Shown piece by piece: positions 60,697 through 64,000 of a DNA stretch of 64,000 bases (position 1 is the stretch's first letter; every line of letters begins with the position of its first letter). The position numbers and the translations under genes were made by a program. A model generated the notes under the pieces. The model had not been told where the DNA came from. It searched no databases and saw nothing but the letters and a program-made list of their open reading frames with translations. Origin of the DNA: Dehalococcoidia bacterium (GTDB lineage: Bacteria > Chloroflexota > Dehalococcoidia > UBA2979). Location: assembly GCA_964291495.2 (NCBI GenBank), contig OZ219871.1:1312001-1376000 (forward strand). Direction: 5' to 3'.

Positions 60697-60918
60697 CGTG
60701 CGGCTACGCCGGTGATGTTGGAGGGGGTGCGGAAGGCGGCGATTGCGCTTGATTCGGGGTCGTGGATAGCCTGTTGGGCGACTGACGGGCTTTTCTACAA
60801 CTCCATCGCCCACTGTGGCGGTGTGTGTAGAGCCTCGTTGACAACGTATGGGCCGCCCGGGCGCGCCGCCGTCATAGTCATTGGCGACCCGGCTCCGGCA
60901 CGGCGAGAGGGTTTCGGC

Positions 60919-61578
60919 GTGAAGGTCGTGTTTCTGGAGACCGTTGAGGGTTCGGGCACCCGCGGCGAGGTGAGAACCGTCGCTAACGGATATGCCCGCA
61001 ACTACCTGTTGCCTCGCGGCCTGGCCGCTGCGGCAACACCGGCTCTGCTCCGGCGGGCGGAAACGCTCGCCGCTCAGGAGGAAGAGCGGCAACGGCTCCT
61101 GGACGGGCAGGCTCATGAGCTCGTCGGCAAGCTCGAGGGCCAGCGCCTGATCATGCCTGTGCGCGTCGGAGAGCAGGGGCGTCTGTACGGTTCTGTCACA
61201 AATGCTGACATCGCCGAGAAGGCTGGGGAGATTCTCGGCGAAGAACTGGACAGGCGTCGTGTACTGCTGCCCGAGGCGATTCGCCAGGTCGGGGTCTACA
61301 CCGTACCGCTGCGGCTGTCGCGCAACGTGACTGCCGATGCGGAGGTCGTCGTCGTGGACGTCGAGGCGCCGCAAGGCGTCGAAGACGCCGCTGAGGCGCT
61401 CGTCGCAGAAGCGGCTGCTGCCGAGGCAGGCGTGGAGGCCGGGGTGGATACCCCCGATCCGACGAACACCGAAGACGTGCCGGAGCCGGGCTACAGCGAT
61501 TCCTCGGAAGAGGCCTCCGGCGACGACGCACCCTCGAATCAGGATGGTGCGGACTCCGGAGACGCCACAGAGACCTAA
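60919..61578 (+). CDS. rplI: 50S ribosomal protein L9 with acidic C-terminal extension
   Basis: KVVFL..V...G..GE...V.NGYARNYL, GRLYGSVT; GTG 60919. Confidence 0.93.
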   Translation: MKVVFLETVEGSGTRGEVRTVANGYARNYLLPRGLAAAATPALLRRAETLAAQEEERQRLLDGQAHELVGKLEGQRLIMPVRVGEQGRLYGSVTNADIAEKAGEILGEELDRRRVLLPEAIRQVGVYTVPLRLSRNVTADAEVVVVDVEAPQGVEDAAEALVAEAAAAEAGVEAGVDTPDPTNTEDVPEPGYSDSSEEASGDDAPSNQDGADSGDATET

Positions 61579-61581
61579 CCC

Positions 61582-63012
61582 GTGGTCACGGGCCAGCCGG
61601 CTCAGCTCCGGCCAGAGCGCCGTCCCAGCGCGGGCGGGCTGCCGCCTCATGACGTCTCCGCCGAGCAGGCCGTCATCGCCGCGCTCCTGCTCGATCCCGA
61701 CGCCTACCCGCGCGTGCTGCCGCTGCTGCGGCCCGAGGACTTCTTCCGCGAGCAGCACGGCTGGTGCTACGAGGCGTGCGTCGCCCTGGCCGATCGCGCC
61801 GAGCCGATCACGCTGCCCACCCTGGCGCACGAACTCGAGCGCGCCGGCCGCCTCGACACCCTCGGCGGCGAGCCCTACCTCGCCGAGCTTGTCGGGCGGC
61901 ACTTCAGCGCCGCCGGCGTCGAGGCGCACGCGCGCATCGTCGCCCGCGACGCGCTCTACCGGCGCCTCATCCAGGTGGCCGGGCAGATCGCCCAGACCGC
62001 CTACGAGGGCGGCCCCGACGCCGGCCGCGTGATCGCCGCCGCCGAGGGCCTGCTGCTCAGCATCCGCTCCACCGAGGGCGCGGGCGACTTCGAGCGCCTG
62101 CGCGACCTGCTCGACCAGTTCCTCGAGGATCCGGGCGAGGACGTCGAGGGCGAGCTGGTCGGCGCGGTGCGCGCGGGCTTCATGGACTTCGACGCGCTGC
62201 TCGGCGGCTTCAAGCGCGGTGACCTGGTCATCGTGGCGGCGCGCACCGGCGTCGGGAAGTCCGCGCTGCTGCTCAACTTCGCGCGCAACGCCGCCGTCGG
62301 CCAGAACGGCACGGTCGCCGTCTTCGCCCTCGAGATGTCCGCCGAGCAGCTCGCGATGCGCCTGCTCTCCGCCGAGGCGGACGTGGACGCGACGCGGCTG
62401 CGGCTCGGCATGCACACCGAGGTCGAGGAGTCGCGCATCATGCACGCCATCGGCACGCTCGGGGAGGCCGCGATCTTCATCGACGACTCGGCGGTGCTGA
62501 GCGTGCCGGAGATCCGCGCCAAGTCGCGCCGGCTGCAGGCCGAGCACGGCCTCGACCTCGTGATCGTCGACTACCTGCAGCTGCTGCACTCGGCCACGGG
62601 CGGCGGCAGCGAGAACCGCGCCTCCGAGCTGGGCAAGATCACGCGCTCGCTCAAGGAGATGGCGCGCGAGCTCGAGGTGCCGGTGATCGCGGCGGCCCAG
62701 CTCTCGCGCGCCGTCGAGAGCCGCACGCCGCACATCCCGATGCTCTCCGACCTGCGCGAGTCCGGATCGATCGAGCAGGACGCGGACGTGGTCACGTTCA
62801 TCTACCGCGAGGACGTCTACCGCACCCCCGAGGAGTGGCAGGACGCGCATCCCGACCAGCCGGGCGGTCAGCACCCGAGCGGCATCGCCCAGCTGATCGT
62901 CGCGAAGCACCGCAACGGGCCGACCGGCACCGTCTCCGTGCGCTTCCTCGACCGCACCGCCTCGTTCCAGGACTTGATCCTGCGCGAGCCTCCGCCGCCG
63001 GAGTTCGAATGA
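61582..63012 (+). CDS. dnaB: Replicative DNA helicase
   Basis: PPH...AEQ, AARTGVGKS, LEMS, VDYLQL, QLSR, SDLRESGSIEQDAD, KHRNGPTG. Confidence 0.96.
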   Translation: MVTGQPAQLRPERRPSAGGLPPHDVSAEQAVIAALLLDPDAYPRVLPLLRPEDFFREQHGWCYEACVALADRAEPITLPTLAHELERAGRLDTLGGEPYLAELVGRHFSAAGVEAHARIVARDALYRRLIQVAGQIAQTAYEGGPDAGRVIAAAEGLLLSIRSTEGAGDFERLRDLLDQFLEDPGEDVEGELVGAVRAGFMDFDALLGGFKRGDLVIVAARTGVGKSALLLNFARNAAVGQNGTVAVFALEMSAEQLAMRLLSAEADVDATRLRLGMHTEVEESRIMHAIGTLGEAAIFIDDSAVLSVPEIRAKSRRLQAEHGLDLVIVDYLQLLHSATGGGSENRASELGKITRSLKEMARELEVPVIAAAQLSRAVESRTPHIPMLSDLRESGSIEQDADVVTFIYREDVYRTPEEWQDAHPDQPGGQHPSGIAQLIVAKHRNGPTGTVSVRFLDRTASFQDLILREPPPPEFE

Positions 63013-63779
63013 CGCCCCAGGCGCTCGGGATCGAGGGAATCGATGACGGCGCGGAGCGCGCCGCGCCGTTCCCCGGCTTCGTCGCCCGCGGCACGGCGAC
63101 GACGCTGCCGTCGCAGTTCTTCAGCGAGCTGCTGCCGCTGATCGACGACGAGGCCGAGCTGCGCGTCACGCTCTACGCGCTCTACGCTATCGGGCGCCGC
63201 AAGGGCACGCTGCGCGCCGTCCGCGTCTCGCAACTCGCCTCCGAGGAGCCGCTGCGCCGCGCGCTGGCGTGCTGCGGCGGCGACGCCGCGCTCGAGCCGG
63301 CGCTCGGACGGGCCGTCGAGCGCGGCAGCCTGCTCACGCTGGCGCTCGAGGACGGCGACACGCTCTGCTTCATGAACAGCGCGGCAGGACGCCGCAACCG
63401 GGCGCGGCTGCGCTCCGGCGCGCTGGCGCCGCCGCCCGGCGTGCGCATCGCGGCCCCGCGGGAGCAGCCCGCGAGCGTCGAGCCGGACGCGCCGGCGAGG
63501 GTCTACGAGCAGGAGATCGGCGCGCTCACGCCGGCGATCACGGACACCCTCGATGCGGCCGGGGAGCGCTGGCCCGCGGAGTGGATCACGAAGGCCTTGC
63601 GCCTGGCCGCCCGCCACAACGTGCGGCACTGGGCGTACGTCGAGTCGATCCTGCGCCGTTGGGAGTCGGAAGGAGTCGGGGAGGAAGGAGGGACGGCCGA
63701 TGCGCAGTCTGGCGCAGATCATGCGCGCGCGGAGCGTCGCGACCACGGACCGTACGAGCGCGTCATCCGCCGCAGCTGA
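63009..63779 (+). CDS. DnaD-domain protein
   Basis: LP.QFF..LLP.I....EL, YEQEIG.LTP, W.YVESIL.RW; ATGA overlap with dnaB. Confidence 0.8.
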   Translation: MTPQALGIEGIDDGAERAAPFPGFVARGTATTLPSQFFSELLPLIDDEAELRVTLYALYAIGRRKGTLRAVRVSQLASEEPLRRALACCGGDAALEPALGRAVERGSLLTLALEDGDTLCFMNSAAGRRNRARLRSGALAPPPGVRIAAPREQPASVEPDAPARVYEQEIGALTPAITDTLDAAGERWPAEWITKALRLAARHNVRHWAYVESILRRWESEGVGEEGGTADAQSGADHARAERRDHGPYERVIRRS

Positions 63780-64000
63780 CCCCGCTTCCGCCGCCGCGGA
63801 GCGCGGATCGTCGTGCCCGCTCTGCGGGGGCGCTCGCTTCGTGCGCGTCACCGCCGATCTGGCGAGTCCGGAGTTCGGTCGCGCCGTCCCGTGCAACTGC
63901 GCCGCGCGCGAGGACGACGGCGCGCGGCGCGAGCGCCTGCTGCGCTACTCGCGCCTCGGCGCGCTCTCCCGCTTCAGCTTCGACACCCTGCTGCCGCACG
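63700..64000 (+). CDS. DnaC/DnaI/IstB-like helicase loader, N-terminal part (truncated by window)
   Basis: Hand translation MRSLAQIM...CPLCGG...FGRAVPCNC...SFDTL; GGAGG SD. Confidence 0.75.
   Translation, partial: MRSLAQIMRARSVATTDRTSASSAAADPASAAAERGSSCPLCGGARFVRVTADLASPEFGRAVPCNCAAREDDGARRERLLRYSRLGALSRFSFDTLLPH

Overview
High-GC bacterial chromosomal region. Gene content and order (obgE-nadD near dnaA/gyrB; rplI-dnaB-dnaD-dnaC-like) suggest Chloroflexota, probably Dehalococcoidia-like (inference). It carries lysine/aspartate genes (dapA, asd, dapB), pnp-rpsO, dnaA, coaX-coaBC, obgE-nadD, gyrB, a tatA-murT-gatD-M23-lgt cluster and a ~10 kb sulfur-carrier (MoaD/ThiS-type) cluster for Met/Cys synthesis. 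It also carries folP-folK, purF-purM-purH, a split b6-like Rieske/cytochrome b complex, a DUF433/PIN toxin-antitoxin pair, rpsU-yqeY-pgpH, purQ/purL and the start of a replication operon. No rRNA, tRNA, CRISPR array or transposase was recognised. The most notable signals lie outside the ORF track: (1) a Met-codon-rich leader peptide in a long hairpin ahead of a ThrC-like/NIL/MoaD operon; (2) two tandem 39/47-aa desulforedoxin-like genes; (3) a 35-aa single-helix gene heading the cytochrome b operon; (4) an oriC-like DnaA-box/GGCC/DnaA-trio element separated from dnaA; (5) LexA-type boxes over the rplI-dnaB promoter. All assignments come from reading motifs by eye; no searches were run.
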